Below are positions 1 to 10,241 of a DNA stretch of 49,745 nt, piece after piece. The stretch's first letter is position 1; each line of letters starts with the position of its first letter. The position numbers were made by a program, and so were the translations under genes. The DNA lies in IMG/VR virus record IMGVR_UViG_3300027708_000104, positions 1 through 49,745 of that record. One strand, 5' to 3'. The notes beneath the pieces are model-generated. The model made no database searches. It saw only the letters and a program-made list of their open reading frames with translations, and was not told the DNA's origin. The DNA is from a virus. Lineage: Duplodnaviria > Caudoviricetes.

Positions 1-2
1 CG

Positions 3-296
3 ACGCAACAGCCAGGCGAGAACGTCTGGACACGATGCGAGCGCATTGAACCTGACTTCGTGCAAACGGGCGAAATGACTGTTACTGTAACGGGTAAGGG
101 TTATGCAGATGATGCCGACATTGTTTCAGCGCCCTACACATTTAACAACAACACTCTTAAAGTAGACATGCGCGAACAGAGGCGCGAATTGCGCCTGCGG
201 TTTGGATCAAACACTGTTGGTGGCAATTACTTTATGGGTAAGGTATTGTGTAGTCTTGATACTGGCGATACTCGCAGTACTGCCAACCCAGCGTAG
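3..296 (+). CDS. C-terminal part of tail nozzle / packaged-DNA stabilisation protein (P22 gp10-like), 5'-truncated
   Basis: Frame is open from the window edge (TQQPGENVWTRCERIEPDFVQTGEM...ELRLRFGSNTVGGNYFMGK). It sits just before the ejection genes, as in podoviruses. Confidence 0.55.
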   Translation, partial: TQQPGENVWTRCERIEPDFVQTGEMTVTVTGKGYADDADIVSAPYTFNNNTLKVDMREQRRELRLRFGSNTVGGNYFMGKVLCSLDTGDTRSTANPA

Positions 297-536
297 ATGT
301 CAACCACCTATGATCCTCGTAACATGGAATGGGACTACTATTGTCGCCTCATGGAGGAGCAGTTTGCCCCTAATCAACTAGGGCATGTTGCCGAGGAAAA
401 CTGGCGCGAATGGGTAGATGCTATGAATGGCATAGGTTACTTTGTCATGTCTGGCATTCCAGACCACAGATACTTTCAGACATGGCAAGAGTGGGCTATG
501 CAACTAGTAGGCATCATGTCGGTGGATCCACAATGA
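297..536 (+). CDS. Hypothetical tail-region protein, Trp-rich
   Basis: 79-aa ORF abutting both neighbours. Confidence 0.6.
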   Translation: MSTTYDPRNMEWDYYCRLMEEQFAPNQLGHVAEENWREWVDAMNGIGYFVMSGIPDHRYFQTWQEWAMQLVGIMSVDPQ

Positions 537-943
537 AAATAAATCCAAATCGCATGTCTACCCAAGACATTGTGCGCAATGCTGATGAGGTGCGCAAGAG
601 TGGTCTTGACTGGAAGAAAGTGTATGTACTACTCCGCCATTCACTAGAGTCTGGGCAATACAGAATGATGCGTTGTAACAATACATTGTTCTGGTATCGC
701 ATAGACAAAAAAGGTGAAGCGCAGATATTTCTTTTGAATGCAGATTCTCCTAGAAAGCTAATCCGTAATTTCCAAGAGTTTGGAAAAGCTATGGTTAATA
801 GCGGATTCAAAAAAATCTATGGCATCACCACAGATCAAAAGATTATCCAAGCTCTTAGAAGTTTTGGATATTCAACAGATGTAGAGCACATTGGCGAAGA
901 TGAGAATGGTCAAGAACAGTACAAGGTGACTGTAAATGTGTAA
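533..943 (+). CDS. Hypothetical protein (T7 gp13-like position, possible GNAT-like fold)
   Basis: ATGA overlap at 533 is a better start than 410. Function inferred from synteny only. Confidence 0.45.
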   Translation: MKINPNRMSTQDIVRNADEVRKSGLDWKKVYVLLRHSLESGQYRMMRCNNTLFWYRIDKKGEAQIFLLNADSPRKLIRNFQEFGKAMVNSGFKKIYGITTDQKIIQALRSFGYSTDVEHIGEDENGQEQYKVTVNV

Positions 944-3900
944 TATTAATCAAGAAATAAAAAACTTTGGCGATGCCATAGGACAGACTACAAATAACTT
1001 GATTAATGGTGTAGATTCTGCCGTGCGCAGTTTAAATTCTACGGCAGATGCAATACTTCGCAATCCTTTGCCAACTATTGAGACAGCTGTTCTTGTTGCG
1101 GGATTTGATGTTCCAGTCGCAATAGCAAGCGCCACAGTTTCCGCGGCGAATGGCGGTAGTCTTAAAGACATAGCACTAGCGGCGGCAAAGAGCTATGCCG
1201 CTGGAGAGATTGGGAAGGCGGCGGGTAATCTCTACTCACCTATTGAGCAACAGACACTACAGCAACTTGGTCCACAATATGCTGATGAAGCTTTAATCAA
1301 GCAAGTTATCACAAGCGCTTCTGGAAGCGCCGCCGTTGCCGCATTAACCAATAGCAGTATAAAAAATGTGATCACATCTGCTACAGCTGGTGCCGTTAAT
1401 TCATACATTACAAATCAGCTTGTGTCTTCAGGATACTCAGCAAATGATCAAAAATTAATTGCCAATGCCACATCTGCGGCGACCAAAGCCATATTAAATG
1501 GAAAAGATGTGGCATCTGCAATTGGCTCTTCTGTTGCAAGCACAGCTATTACATCTCAAATTACTAATTATGTTAATTCACTTAACAACAACTATAAGAT
1601 ATCGCAAACTTTATCAGACACGATAAATGCAGGAAAAAAAGCCGTTAGTGACTTTTTTACAAGCTCTGTAGATCCCGCGCAAAAAACAATAAATACAAAT
1701 TACAACAATTACTCTGTTGCATATTCATCTCTAAAAGACACCCTAACAAAAGCGCAAACTGCTTATGATGACTACACAAAGAAGTGGGATGCCTATGCTA
1801 AAGCGGCTGATGCATGGAATAAGTCATCGGGTGACATAAATGACCCAACTTTGCGAACCCTTATAGATACGCAAAAGGCTGTTGTTGCAAGTGGTCAACT
1901 AGTTAATCAAACGACTTCTGCTTATGATAGTCAAAGAACTGTGACCAACAATGCACTCAATACTTACAATGTAAGCAAACAATCATTTGATGATGTAAGC
2001 GCAAAGTACAACCAGCAGGTTACAGATCTTCAAAGCAAGATAGATCAGCTTAATTCTACAAATAATACAAGTGTAAATTATGCAAACACTATTGGTACTT
2101 TGGTTGATAAATACAATGTTCAACTTGCTAAAGATGAGGCTAATGTAATATCGCAAATAGGTGGATCTGTAGTAAAACAAGCAGAGACAGCTATGGATCA
2201 AACTGCTGTATCTAGTGGATTCAAGTCATACAAAGAGATGCAAAGCGCAATTGATGAAGGCATTACTAGCGGAGATCAATGGGCGCAATTCCAAAAACTT
2301 TCACCAAATGCACAAAAGAGCTATGAAAGTTTAGTAAATTCAGGCGCCGATATTGCAACTGCATTATCAATGTCAGCAGGATTTGATTCTTTAACAAAGT
2401 TAACATCTGGCACAGGAACTCAAGTAGCCGCTTTATCGTCAAGTAATCAAAAAATTGTTACTGATGCGGGTCAAGAATATTTGTCTGGGAAATTAGACTG
2501 GGACACTGCATCTAAAACAATTAATTCAGCAGTTCAAAAAGACATTGATAGTGGATATTTAAAGCCTAAAGGCGATGGCACTTATGTGGCACCAGATGGC
2601 GTTGTTTATTTTATGAATGAGCAAATAGGCATGTGGAGTGTTAAAGTCGGTCAGCCAGACACAAGTAAAACAGTTGAAAGTGTTTGGAAAAATGATACCA
2701 ATTTAGGGTGGCAACAATTTATTCCAGATGGTAAAGGTGGATATGATTGGACAGGAACCGTGCATGTTTTTGCTAAACAACCAAATTACACAGAAAATCA
2801 ACCCTCTGGTAATTTCTACTCTATAGGTAGTAATGGTATTGCTCCGCTAGAGAAAATAAATCAAGCAGAAAACCAAGGATCAAACACAAAAACTTTATCA
2901 GATGGTTCTGTTGCGGTTTTTCATTCAGATGGAAGTGTAACGCTTACTCAAAAGAATGGAAATGTAATTAATTATGACAAGAGTGGCGAAGTTGTTGTAC
3001 CAACACCAACTCCTACAACAACGCCAACAACAACTCCCGCTACATCGGGAGATACAACAGTTACGCCCACAACCACAAAACCAAGCACAACACCCACCAC
3101 TACTCCCACGACCACACCGTCCACCACCACAACACCTAGTACAACAACTACTACACCAACACTTAACCCAATTCCCTCTGGATCAACACCAGATGGAACA
3201 GGCGGCTATTTCATAAAAAATTCTGATGGGTCTACAAGTCATTTTGACAATAATGGCAAATTGTTGAGCACATTTGGCCAACCTGTTGCACCCACCACAG
3301 GCGGTGGTACAACTACGGGAGGTGGAACCACTGGTGGCGGTACAACCACAGGCGGTGGTACAACTACGGGAGGTGGAACCACTGGTGGCGGTACAACCAC
3401 AGGCGGTGGTACATCTACCACAGGTAGCGGAACTACAACTGGAGGCACAACTAGTGGTGGAACAACTGGTGGAGGCACAACTACACCTGTTGTGACTCCA
3501 CCTGTTGTAACCCCACCTGTTGTAACCCCACCTGTTGTAACCCCACCTGTTGTGACTCCACCTGTTGTTGTGCCTCCTGTTGTTGTGCCTCCAAAGAAAA
3601 CAGAAACACCAAGCACAACACCATCTTATACGCCAAGATCGTCTACATCTGCAATTTCATCGGCTTCGCAAGAAAAAACACTAGACACAACACCACAGTT
3701 CTTGACAAGTCAGTATTACAAACCACAAGATTCGATTGAGAAAAAACTCACTCAGATTTTTGGGTCTATTGCGCCAGCGGCGGCGGAGACCTATGCATTG
3801 CAAAATAAATCTCCTCTTGATTCAGTAGAAAAACCAAAAGAACAAGAGAAGACAGATTATGAAAAACAAATGGAAATGGCGCAACCAAATCCAGATGAAG

Positions 3901-4634
3901 AACAAACCCTACAAACTGAATATGGAGTTAAATTTATGGCAAAAGGCGGAAGCGAAAAAAATACAGGATTTAGTCTAGATTCTCCTGACTTTCCCACAAT
4001 CAAAAAAGATACAGGATTTAGTTTAGATCCTCCTGACTTTCCCACAATCAAACATGGATTCTTGACATCCACTCAAGTCCAGCAACCAGAGTCACGACTA
4101 GGGAGTCTGAGACATCTTTACGCGGGGCTTACAAATAGACAACCCACAGGCATATTGATGGCAAAGGGTGGGTTGCCGTCTAAGTACGCGCAAGCCGCTC
4201 CCAAGGGGCATAAGCCAGAATTTATAACTGGCGTTACAGGCTACTATGCAGGTGGTAGGGGTACTGGTCAGTCTGATGACATTCCCGCGATGTTGCACGA
4301 GGGTGACTATGTCATTGATGCCGATGCGGTTGCCGCCCTTGGAGATGGCTCTAGCAAGGCTGGAAATGAGGTCTTAATGAAGTTTATGAGCCAAGTACCG
4401 TTCCATAAAGGGGTGCATGGAGAACCTGTACCTGCTAAAATAGCTGATGGAGAGGTTGTTCTTCCCGCGGCATTTGTGACGGCTTTGGGTGGCGGAGATA
4501 ACAAAAAGGGCGCAAAGATATTGGATGGTATGCGCGAAGAATTGAGAGAGCACAAGAGGTCTGCTCCAACATCTAAGATTCCTCCCAAAGCAAAATCTCC
4601 ACTTGACTATCTCAAAATGGGGACGAAAGGATAA
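936..4634 (+). CDS. Large internal virion / ejection protein with low-complexity linker and C-terminal GTGxSDxIPA domain
   Basis: 1232 aa. Ala/Ser-rich N-terminus, coiled coil, T/G/P repeats, two MAKGG motifs, duplicated C-terminal motif ([18 protein letters not shown] / [10 protein letters not shown]). Confidence 0.65.
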   Translation: MCNINQEIKNFGDAIGQTTNNLINGVDSAVRSLNSTADAILRNPLPTIETAVLVAGFDVPVAIASATVSAANGGSLKDIALAAAKSYAAGEIGKAAGNLYSPIEQQTLQQLGPQYADEALIKQVITSASGSAAVAALTNSSIKNVITSATAGAVNSYITNQLVSSGYSANDQKLIANATSAATKAILNGKDVASAIGSSVASTAITSQITNYVNSLNNNYKISQTLSDTINAGKKAVSDFFTSSVDPAQKTINTNYNNYSVAYSSLKDTLTKAQTAYDDYTKKWDAYAKAADAWNKSSGDINDPTLRTLIDTQKAVVASGQLVNQTTSAYDSQRTVTNNALNTYNVSKQSFDDVSAKYNQQVTDLQSKIDQLNSTNNTSVNYANTIGTLVDKYNVQLAKDEANVISQIGGSVVKQAETAMDQTAVSSGFKSYKEMQSAIDEGITSGDQWAQFQKLSPNAQKSYESLVNSGADIATALSMSAGFDSLTKLTSGTGTQVAALSSSNQKIVTDAGQEYLSGKLDWDTASKTINSAVQKDIDSGYLKPKGDGTYVAPDGVVYFMNEQIGMWSVKVGQPDTSKTVESVWKNDTNLGWQQFIPDGKGGYDWTGTVHVFAKQPNYTENQPSGNFYSIGSNGIAPLEKINQAENQGSNTKTLSDGSVAVFHSDGSVTLTQKNGNVINYDKSGEVVVPTPTPTTTPTTTPATSGDTTVTPTTTKPSTTPTTTPTTTPSTTTTPSTTTTTPTLNPIPSGSTPDGTGGYFIKNSDGSTSHFDNNGKLLSTFGQPVAPTTGGGTTTGGGTTGGGTTTGGGTTTGGGTTGGGTTTGGGTSTTGSGTTTGGTTSGGTTGGGTTTPVVTPPVVTPPVVTPPVVTPPVVTPPVVVPPVVVPPKKTETPSTTPSYTPRSSTSAISSASQEKTLDTTPQFLTSQYYKPQDSIEKKLTQIFGSIAPAAAETYALQNKSPLDSVEKPKEQEKTDYEKQMEMAQPNPDEEQTLQTEYGVKFMAKGGSEKNTGFSLDSPDFPTIKKDTGFSLDPPDFPTIKHGFLTSTQVQQPESRLGSLRHLYAGLTNRQPTGILMAKGGLPSKYAQAAPKGHKPEFITGVTGYYAGGRGTGQSDDIPAMLHEGDYVIDADAVAALGDGSSKAGNEVLMKFMSQVPFHKGVHGEPVPAKIADGEVVLPAAFVTALGGGDNKKGAKILDGMREELREHKRSAPTSKIPPKAKSPLDYLKMGTKG
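3294..3413 (+). repeat. 51-bp coding tandem repeat (about 2.3 copies), encodes TTGGG units
   Basis: Unit accacaggcggtggtacaactacgggaggtggaaccactggtggcggtaca starts at 3294, 3345 and 3396 (partial). Confidence 0.9.
3484..3593 (+). repeat. 15-bp coding tandem repeat (about 7 copies), encodes [10 protein letters not shown]
   Basis: ccacctgttgtaacc-type units read directly. Confidence 0.9.
3961..4052 (+). repeat. 48-bp-period coding duplication (TGFSLDxPDFPTIK x2)
   Basis: atacaggatttagt(c/t)tagat(t/c)ctcctgactttcccacaatcaaa at 3961 and 4009. Confidence 0.9.
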
Positions 4635-4636
4635 AT

Positions 4637-5728
4637 ATGGCAAATCTATTAGAAAGTTCAGCAACGGCGGCAACGACCGCGCCAGATTATTACAACAATT
4701 ATTTGAGTAATCTTGCAAGTTCTGGAACATCTGCGGCGCAAAATGCTCAGTATGTGGGAGTACAACCGCTCCAGCAACAAGCATTTAATCAGGTACAGAA
4801 CTTACCTAGTAGCTATCAGCCTACACTTAATGCCGCTAGTAAAACGCTGAATCAAGCGGCAACTGATATTTCTCCTTTAGCGGCAGGATCAGGTTATTTA
4901 AGCGCCGCAACTCAAAGCCCTGCGCAACTAGCTCAGCAGTACATGAGTCCCTACATTAACAGTGTAGTGAACTCTATAGGCGATCTCGGTCAGCGACAAA
5001 TACAACAAAGTCTAGCACCTAGTGCAACAGCTGGCGCGGTTGGCTCTGGTCAGTTTGGTTCACAGCGTGGCGCTCAAGTCTTGGGACAAACCATTCGTGA
5101 TGCTAATGCAAACATTCAAAATCAGCAGTATCAAGCATTGAATTCTGGTTATGGACAAGCACTGCAAGCCGCTGGGCAACAAAATGCTTTGCTTGGTCAA
5201 TTGGGTAGTACAGCAGGTCAGCAAGCCTATCAAGGACAAGCTGGATTGACTAATGCTGGACAAGCTCAGACAGCGCTTGCCGCGCAACAGCAAGGATTGA
5301 ACTTAGGCGATATCAATGCCTTGGCTACTTTGGGTGGACAACAGCAGACAATTGAGCAAAACAAACAGCTGTTCCCACTGCAAAACCTTAACACCGCATC
5401 TGGCTTACTGCGTGGTTTCAATGTGCCGACAAGCACCAAGACAACTCAACAGGCATCCCCATTGGCTACTATTGGCGGTATTGCTACTGGTACTGCTGGA
5501 TTCTTTACTAAAGATCCTACAACTAAATTGGCACCATATGACTCTTTGGTAAGCGGATTGAAAAATTCATACAACACGCTTTTTGGATCAAGCTCTACAC
5601 CATCCACATATGATCCACATTTAACACCTAACAATTTGCCAGCAGGTTCTACTCCCCAATATGATCAATCAGGAACATATATTGGTTATACAGATGCAAA
5701 TGGCGATTTTGTAGATTCAGATAGTTAA
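4637..5728 (+). CDS. DNA ejection / pilot protein
   Basis: Gln/Ala/Gly-rich, with YMSPY and GAVGSGQFGSQR motifs typical of podovirus ejection proteins. Synteny agrees. Confidence 0.65.
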   Translation: MANLLESSATAATTAPDYYNNYLSNLASSGTSAAQNAQYVGVQPLQQQAFNQVQNLPSSYQPTLNAASKTLNQAATDISPLAAGSGYLSAATQSPAQLAQQYMSPYINSVVNSIGDLGQRQIQQSLAPSATAGAVGSGQFGSQRGAQVLGQTIRDANANIQNQQYQALNSGYGQALQAAGQQNALLGQLGSTAGQQAYQGQAGLTNAGQAQTALAAQQQGLNLGDINALATLGGQQQTIEQNKQLFPLQNLNTASGLLRGFNVPTSTKTTQQASPLATIGGIATGTAGFFTKDPTTKLAPYDSLVSGLKNSYNTLFGSSSTPSTYDPHLTPNNLPAGSTPQYDQSGTYIGYTDANGDFVDSDS

Positions 5729-5738
5729 GGAATAAATC

Positions 5739-7379
5739 ATGGCAGAAGATAAAACCGCTTTTATTGATAACTCTAAGATCAATCCTTATGGCTTAGAAGA
5801 AAATCAACTCAAAGATTATCAAAAATCAGTTCAAGGTCAGCTTGATGCCCTTGAGCAACGCTATGCACAGCCTAATTGGTTCAAGGTATCCGCGGGATTT
5901 TTGAAGCCTCAACTAGGTGGCTTTGGCGCATCTCTTGGGTCTGCATTTGGTGCTATGGGCGAAAGTGTTGAGCAACAAAGAGCGCAAGCATTGCCTATTG
6001 CACAGATGCGCGCTCAACTAGCACAATCAGATATTTTATTAAATCAAAACAAAGAAGCATCAGATAAGGTAAAAGCTTTTTATGCCGATCCAGCCAACAA
6101 GGGGAAAAAACTTCCTCCCGCTGGCGCTATTGGAGAATTAGCCGCAGGCGCGCCTAATGCCCCTGCTGTGCAATCTTTATTGACACAACAAAAGATTGCG
6201 CAAGATCAATATGCAACTGAGTCAAACAACTTAAAACATTTGTATGAAACTGGCGCAATCAATAAACAAGAATACGCTAGAAGGCTTTCAGCATTAAATC
6301 CATTTGAGTCTAGCACTCAGGGCGCAGTAGTAGATGTAAACAAGCCAGAGACTTCCGTAAAAACATTACCAAGCGGTGCGCGTGTGAATGAAGATCAGGC
6401 TCGCTTGGCTGATCTTGGAATTCCAATTATTAGTGGTTTTCGTACAAAAGATGAGCAACAAGCACTGTATGACAACCGAGAAAAAAATCCCTATCCTGTG
6501 GCGGCGCCTGGCACAAGCCAACATGAGATGGGTAATGCAATTGATGTAGACACTAAAAAACTTACCCCAGAACAACGAAGAATGTTGAAGGATTTGGGTT
6601 ATACACAACCAATGCCAGACAAAGATCCAAACCATTGGGAAAAATCTGGTGCTCGCGGTGAAAGATCTGCGCCATCTTTTGAAGAGCTTGGCGCTACAGG
6701 ATCTGGGGCATCTGAATTAACCAAAGAACAATTAAAAGCAATTACTGAAAAATATGGCCCACTTGAGCAAAGAATAATTTCTTATGATCCCCAGTCTATT
6801 TCTACTGCGCATTCTAGGCATGACAGATTGGTGGAATTGCTAGGAACATCTGGTGTTCAAAAAGGGACTGGTCTTTTGTACAAAGATCAAGGAATTACTA
6901 CTGCAATTTTAAGTTCATTAGCTCAAGGGGCTAGTGCATCTATCAACACGCCTGCTGGCGGTGCTGGTTTTAGTTTGGCTTTTCCAGTCGAAAATGCAAT
7001 GACTAAAACAAGACTTAAGCCATTCGAACAAAAGCAATTGCGTGAATTTCAAATGTTGTTGCGAGATGAAGCAAGCGATGATTTAAGAAAAGGTGTTTTG
7101 TCAATTGGTGGCGGGCATTTAAATCAGGCAGAATTTTCGTCTGTAATGAATCAAATTGCTTCTGGTTCCGATCCGTATGGAATATTAAAAGGATTAGTTG
7201 CTACTAGATCTACAATAAATGAACGAAATGGCGAAGAGTTTGATTTGTATGGTGATTGGATTCATAACCCTAAAAATGCAGGAAAACCAGTATCTGTTTT
7301 TTTTCATAGCAAGCCATATAAAGATTTAATGAAAAAATATGAACCAAAAATAAAACAAGCCAAGAGACTTGCCGATTAA
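5739..7379 (+). CDS. Ejection protein with internal M15 (VanY-like) Zn peptidase domain
   Basis: IISGFRTKDEQQALY...PGTSQHEMGNAIDV...DPNHWE matches the SxHxxGxAxD...H signature. Confidence 0.75.
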   Translation: MAEDKTAFIDNSKINPYGLEENQLKDYQKSVQGQLDALEQRYAQPNWFKVSAGFLKPQLGGFGASLGSAFGAMGESVEQQRAQALPIAQMRAQLAQSDILLNQNKEASDKVKAFYADPANKGKKLPPAGAIGELAAGAPNAPAVQSLLTQQKIAQDQYATESNNLKHLYETGAINKQEYARRLSALNPFESSTQGAVVDVNKPETSVKTLPSGARVNEDQARLADLGIPIISGFRTKDEQQALYDNREKNPYPVAAPGTSQHEMGNAIDVDTKKLTPEQRRMLKDLGYTQPMPDKDPNHWEKSGARGERSAPSFEELGATGSGASELTKEQLKAITEKYGPLEQRIISYDPQSISTAHSRHDRLVELLGTSGVQKGTGLLYKDQGITTAILSSLAQGASASINTPAGGAGFSLAFPVENAMTKTRLKPFEQKQLREFQMLLRDEASDDLRKGVLSIGGGHLNQAEFSSVMNQIASGSDPYGILKGLVATRSTINERNGEEFDLYGDWIHNPKNAGKPVSVFFHSKPYKDLMKKYEPKIKQAKRLAD

Positions 7380-7388
7380 AGGATATAT

Positions 7389-8819
7389 ATGGGTGAAGAT
7401 GAAAAAAACATATCAAATTCAGACGACATACTTGAGCGTTTGAGTAATCTGCCTACATCAGATGAGATTCAAAAAAGATATGAAGAAACTGAGGAAACTC
7501 AACAGCCTTTTTATGAAAGAGGAACAATAAATCCAAATGTTGGGAATATCCTTCCAGCATTTGCGGCAACAATTGGTAGTCAAGAAATTACCAAAAATCC
7601 TCCAACTCAAATAACTACTAGCCCAGAATTAAAATCTGTGCAATCAGGTTTAGAAAATGAGCAAAATGTTCAATCTGCGGCAAGGTCGGCACAACAACAA
7701 CAGCAAGATCAATATCAGCAACAATTTAAAGAACATCAAGCTAAGTTAGCTGAAGCTCAAGCTCGACATAATCAAATTGAGGCTGAACACCAAGCCGCAA
7801 TTAGTGCCCAAAGAAAAGCAATGCTTGATCATGCTCATGCACAGACTTTGACGCCTGAAGAAGAGTTTGAGCGCCGCCAGCAAGCCATGCGTGCGCAACC
7901 AAAATTGCAAGCACCTGCTAATGAGCCTTCATTAAAAACAATTCCAGTTGGCGGGCTTGGAACTTACGAATACGCTATCAAGTCTGGTGCTACACCAGAA
8001 CAGGCTATGCGTGTACCAAGTATGTCTGCTATGCAACGCCAAAACATTCCAGAGTTGCAACATGGTTATGAGCGTTCTACAGGATTGACTGGTGGGTCTT
8101 TATACAACCGCTATGAAGGGTTGCCGAATTTGGCATTGACTGAAGAAGTTGCAAAAGACTATCTAAAGCCCAGAATGCAGGCTCAAGAAAAAATTGAAGA
8201 GCGCAATGCACATGAGGATGCGGCTAAAGCAAAAATCCAACAAGAGATTGCTAGGCACAAGTATCAAACTGAACATGCTCTTAAAGTGGCTGAATTAGAC
8301 CTAAAAGAAGCCAAAGAAAGATTGAAAGAGTCTCATAGACACATGGCTTCACACAAAGCCCCAGAGTCTCCAAAACAGTCTGCTAATGAAGCTCGTGAAA
8401 ACGCACGCCAAGAAAACAAGATTAATAGTTTAGAGCAACGCAAGGCTGAATTGCAATCTGAATTGAACAGAAAAGCGCCCCGTATGAATGTTGGTGGCTT
8501 TGATGAATACACTAATACATTTCCAATTGGAAACGGTGCTGGTGACTTAGGTTATGCACATCAGCTTTTGCAAGGAATTGCTAATGAAAAGATGGATGCA
8601 TCTTCAAAAGCAATTTTTCAACAAGAACTTGATAAGCTATTTGCCAAAAATCCATCTGGTTATGTCGGTAATTTAAATCTTGCTCATAGGTTACTGTCTG
8701 AAAAAGCAAACCCAAATATTGATTTGGAAACAAAAGAATTTGTAAATAGAGAATTAGTAAAAATGCAAAAGACTCATCCTAAAATTATTAAATCTTTGAG
8801 CAAAATTTATTTACCATGA
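7389..8819 (+). CDS. Putative internal virion protein, coiled-coil rich
   Basis: 476 aa, last gene before the late terminator. Confidence 0.5.
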   Translation: MGEDEKNISNSDDILERLSNLPTSDEIQKRYEETEETQQPFYERGTINPNVGNILPAFAATIGSQEITKNPPTQITTSPELKSVQSGLENEQNVQSAARSAQQQQQDQYQQQFKEHQAKLAEAQARHNQIEAEHQAAISAQRKAMLDHAHAQTLTPEEEFERRQQAMRAQPKLQAPANEPSLKTIPVGGLGTYEYAIKSGATPEQAMRVPSMSAMQRQNIPELQHGYERSTGLTGGSLYNRYEGLPNLALTEEVAKDYLKPRMQAQEKIEERNAHEDAAKAKIQQEIARHKYQTEHALKVAELDLKEAKERLKESHRHMASHKAPESPKQSANEARENARQENKINSLEQRKAELQSELNRKAPRMNVGGFDEYTNTFPIGNGAGDLGYAHQLLQGIANEKMDASSKAIFQQELDKLFAKNPSGYVGNLNLAHRLLSEKANPNIDLETKEFVNRELVKMQKTHPKIIKSLSKIYLP

Positions 8820-8869
8820 TCACGCTAGAAAGTCTCCCTAGTGTGAGGGCATAGCAGTTGCCCCTTTAT

Positions 8870-8901
8870 GCCCCTACCGTTGTTGGTAGGGGCTTTTTTT
8901 T
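8870..8901 (+). terminator. Rho-independent terminator of the late operon
   Basis: GCCCCTACC-gttgtt-GGTAGGGGC followed by a T8 run. Confidence 0.9.
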
Positions 8902-8971
8902 AGTGGCTACATGACATTACAAGTAAGACCACAAACATCATCAAAAAGTACAGTTTAATGATGGTAATCAC
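8900..8971 (-). CDS. Possible 23-aa hydrophobic peptide (MITIIKLYFLMMFVVLLVMSCSH)
   Basis: GTG start overlaps the TGA of the upstream gene (GTGA), with GAGG upstream. Confidence 0.35.
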   Translation of the reverse strand: MITIIKLYFLMMFVVLLVMSCSH

Positions 8972-9168
8972 TTGCCTCTTACCTCTGCAAGTTTTTCACC
9001 AACAAGACGATTGAGATCAGTTGCCACCTTGATACAGCCTGCGCGCTCTTGTCTGGCGCCTTCTTCTGCATAGGCTTGGGCTAACTTAACTAAATCATCT
9101 TCAAGAAAGTTGTAGTTTTCTTCTAAGTGAAGACTGCGAAAGATTTCATTGATGCGCTCTGGCGTCAT
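8968..9168 (-). CDS. Hypothetical protein
   Basis: MTPERINEIF start follows directly after the nuclease stop. Contains a QERAGCIKV motif of the small phage protein type. Confidence 0.6.
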   Translation of the reverse strand: MTPERINEIFRSLHLEENYNFLEDDLVKLAQAYAEEGARQERAGCIKVATDLNRLVGEKLAEVRGK

Positions 9169-9169
9169 T

Positions 9170-9946
9170 TTATTGTCCAAATCTATTTTTGATAATCCAA
9201 AAGCTGAGTAGATTATCAAACATCTCCCAGCCACGCTTTAGGTCTTCTTCAGACCACTCTACGATCTTGACCAAGCCTTCATGTGTGCGCGATACAAACA
9301 CATTTGCACAGCGCGCATTGGGGATGCCCAAGCCATAGCGGTAAGCCGAGAGTTGCATCAGATGCTCGTCATAGGCTTCTACATCGTCATCAGGTCCAAA
9401 GTCTTTGGTTTTAACATCAGCCACGATGCCATAGGGGGCGACTTTGTCAGGCTTGCAGTACAAGTCAACTTTGCCACCAAATCCTAAGTCACAGCAGAAT
9501 GAGTGTTCAACCAACCAAGGCTGGAAGGGGTCTAGCTTGAAGTGATCAAACAGAGCCTCCTCCACCTTAATTCCACGAGTAGACTTCTTGCCTGCAAAGT
9601 GGCTCTCTATTTCCTCATGGATAAGGGTGCCAGCTTCTGCGGCGCGTTTGCCCGTTTCTTTGGAGTCTGCTACAACACGCGCAATAAACTCTTTCTCTGT
9701 CTCTCCCATAACTTTTGGAAGCGTAAGCGCCGCTAATAGCAGTTGCTCATTCTTCCAAGCATCTAAAGCGGGTTTTGCCGAGACTTTTAGGATGGTGGTA
9801 ACCGAAGGTACCAGATCAAACTTTCGGGCGTCTCTGAGCGTTGTAGGACGATCTGAACCGTCCTTGGCTTTGACGGTGTACTGGGGCGAGCCATCCTTAC
9901 CATACCAGTGAACCGACTCAGCGGATCGTGCAATGATTGTTGTCAT
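9170..9946 (-). CDS. PD-(D/E)XK exonuclease (Cas4/RecB-like recombination nuclease)
   Basis: PSVTTIL, GTLIH, GGKVD, ADVKT and QLSAY motifs. Confidence 0.85.
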   Translation of the reverse strand: MTTIIARSAESVHWYGKDGSPQYTVKAKDGSDRPTTLRDARKFDLVPSVTTILKVSAKPALDAWKNEQLLLAALTLPKVMGETEKEFIARVVADSKETGKRAAEAGTLIHEEIESHFAGKKSTRGIKVEEALFDHFKLDPFQPWLVEHSFCCDLGFGGKVDLYCKPDKVAPYGIVADVKTKDFGPDDDVEAYDEHLMQLSAYRYGLGIPNARCANVFVSRTHEGLVKIVEWSEEDLKRGWEMFDNLLSFWIIKNRFGQ

Positions 9947-9957
9947 GTATTACCTTT

Positions 9958-10233
9958 TTAAGAATTAAAAGTTTTCATTTCAGCTTCTAAAAAATGCCTA
10001 TAGTTTTTATGTTTATCTGTTCTTGATGCGTACTTGCGCTTGCATTCTTTACAAATATGGAATTGTTGAACTATTGGCATTTCAACGCCTCTTTTCATCC
10101 TCATAAAAGTTTCTTCTTCAACAGAGTCAAATTTGTTGATACATTGATTCAATGAACATACTTTTTCCATAGTTACTGGATCAATAAAAATAACATCATT
10201 TACTACTTTTTTGAGTTTTTTAAAAATAGGCAT
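9958..10233 (-). CDS. Hypothetical Cys-containing (possible Zn-finger) protein, AT-rich
   Basis: CSLNQC...CKEC, with GAGG RBS upstream. Confidence 0.55.
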   Translation of the reverse strand: MPIFKKLKKVVNDVIFIDPVTMEKVCSLNQCINKFDSVEEETFMRMKRGVEMPIVQQFHICKECKRKYASRTDKHKNYRHFLEAEMKTFNS

Positions 10234-10241
10234 GATTTACC

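Noticed and set aside
3294-3593. Tandem repeats as a CRISPR array
   Set aside because: In-frame coding repeats with no unique spacers and no cas operon.
3239-3616. Minus-strand ORF with GGVTT/PPVV repeats, and the many other antisense or alternate-frame ORFs in the track
   Set aside because: These are shadows of long coding genes or repeats, with no RBS or motifs. The one exception kept is 17585-18037.
6415-6426. TTGGAATTCCAA palindrome as a fifth parS-like site
   Set aside because: Lacks the doubled AATT-N-AATT core and has a different length.
9170-9946. Cas4 as part of a CRISPR system
   Set aside because: No Fe-S cysteine cluster pattern is evident. Context is a phage recombination operon.
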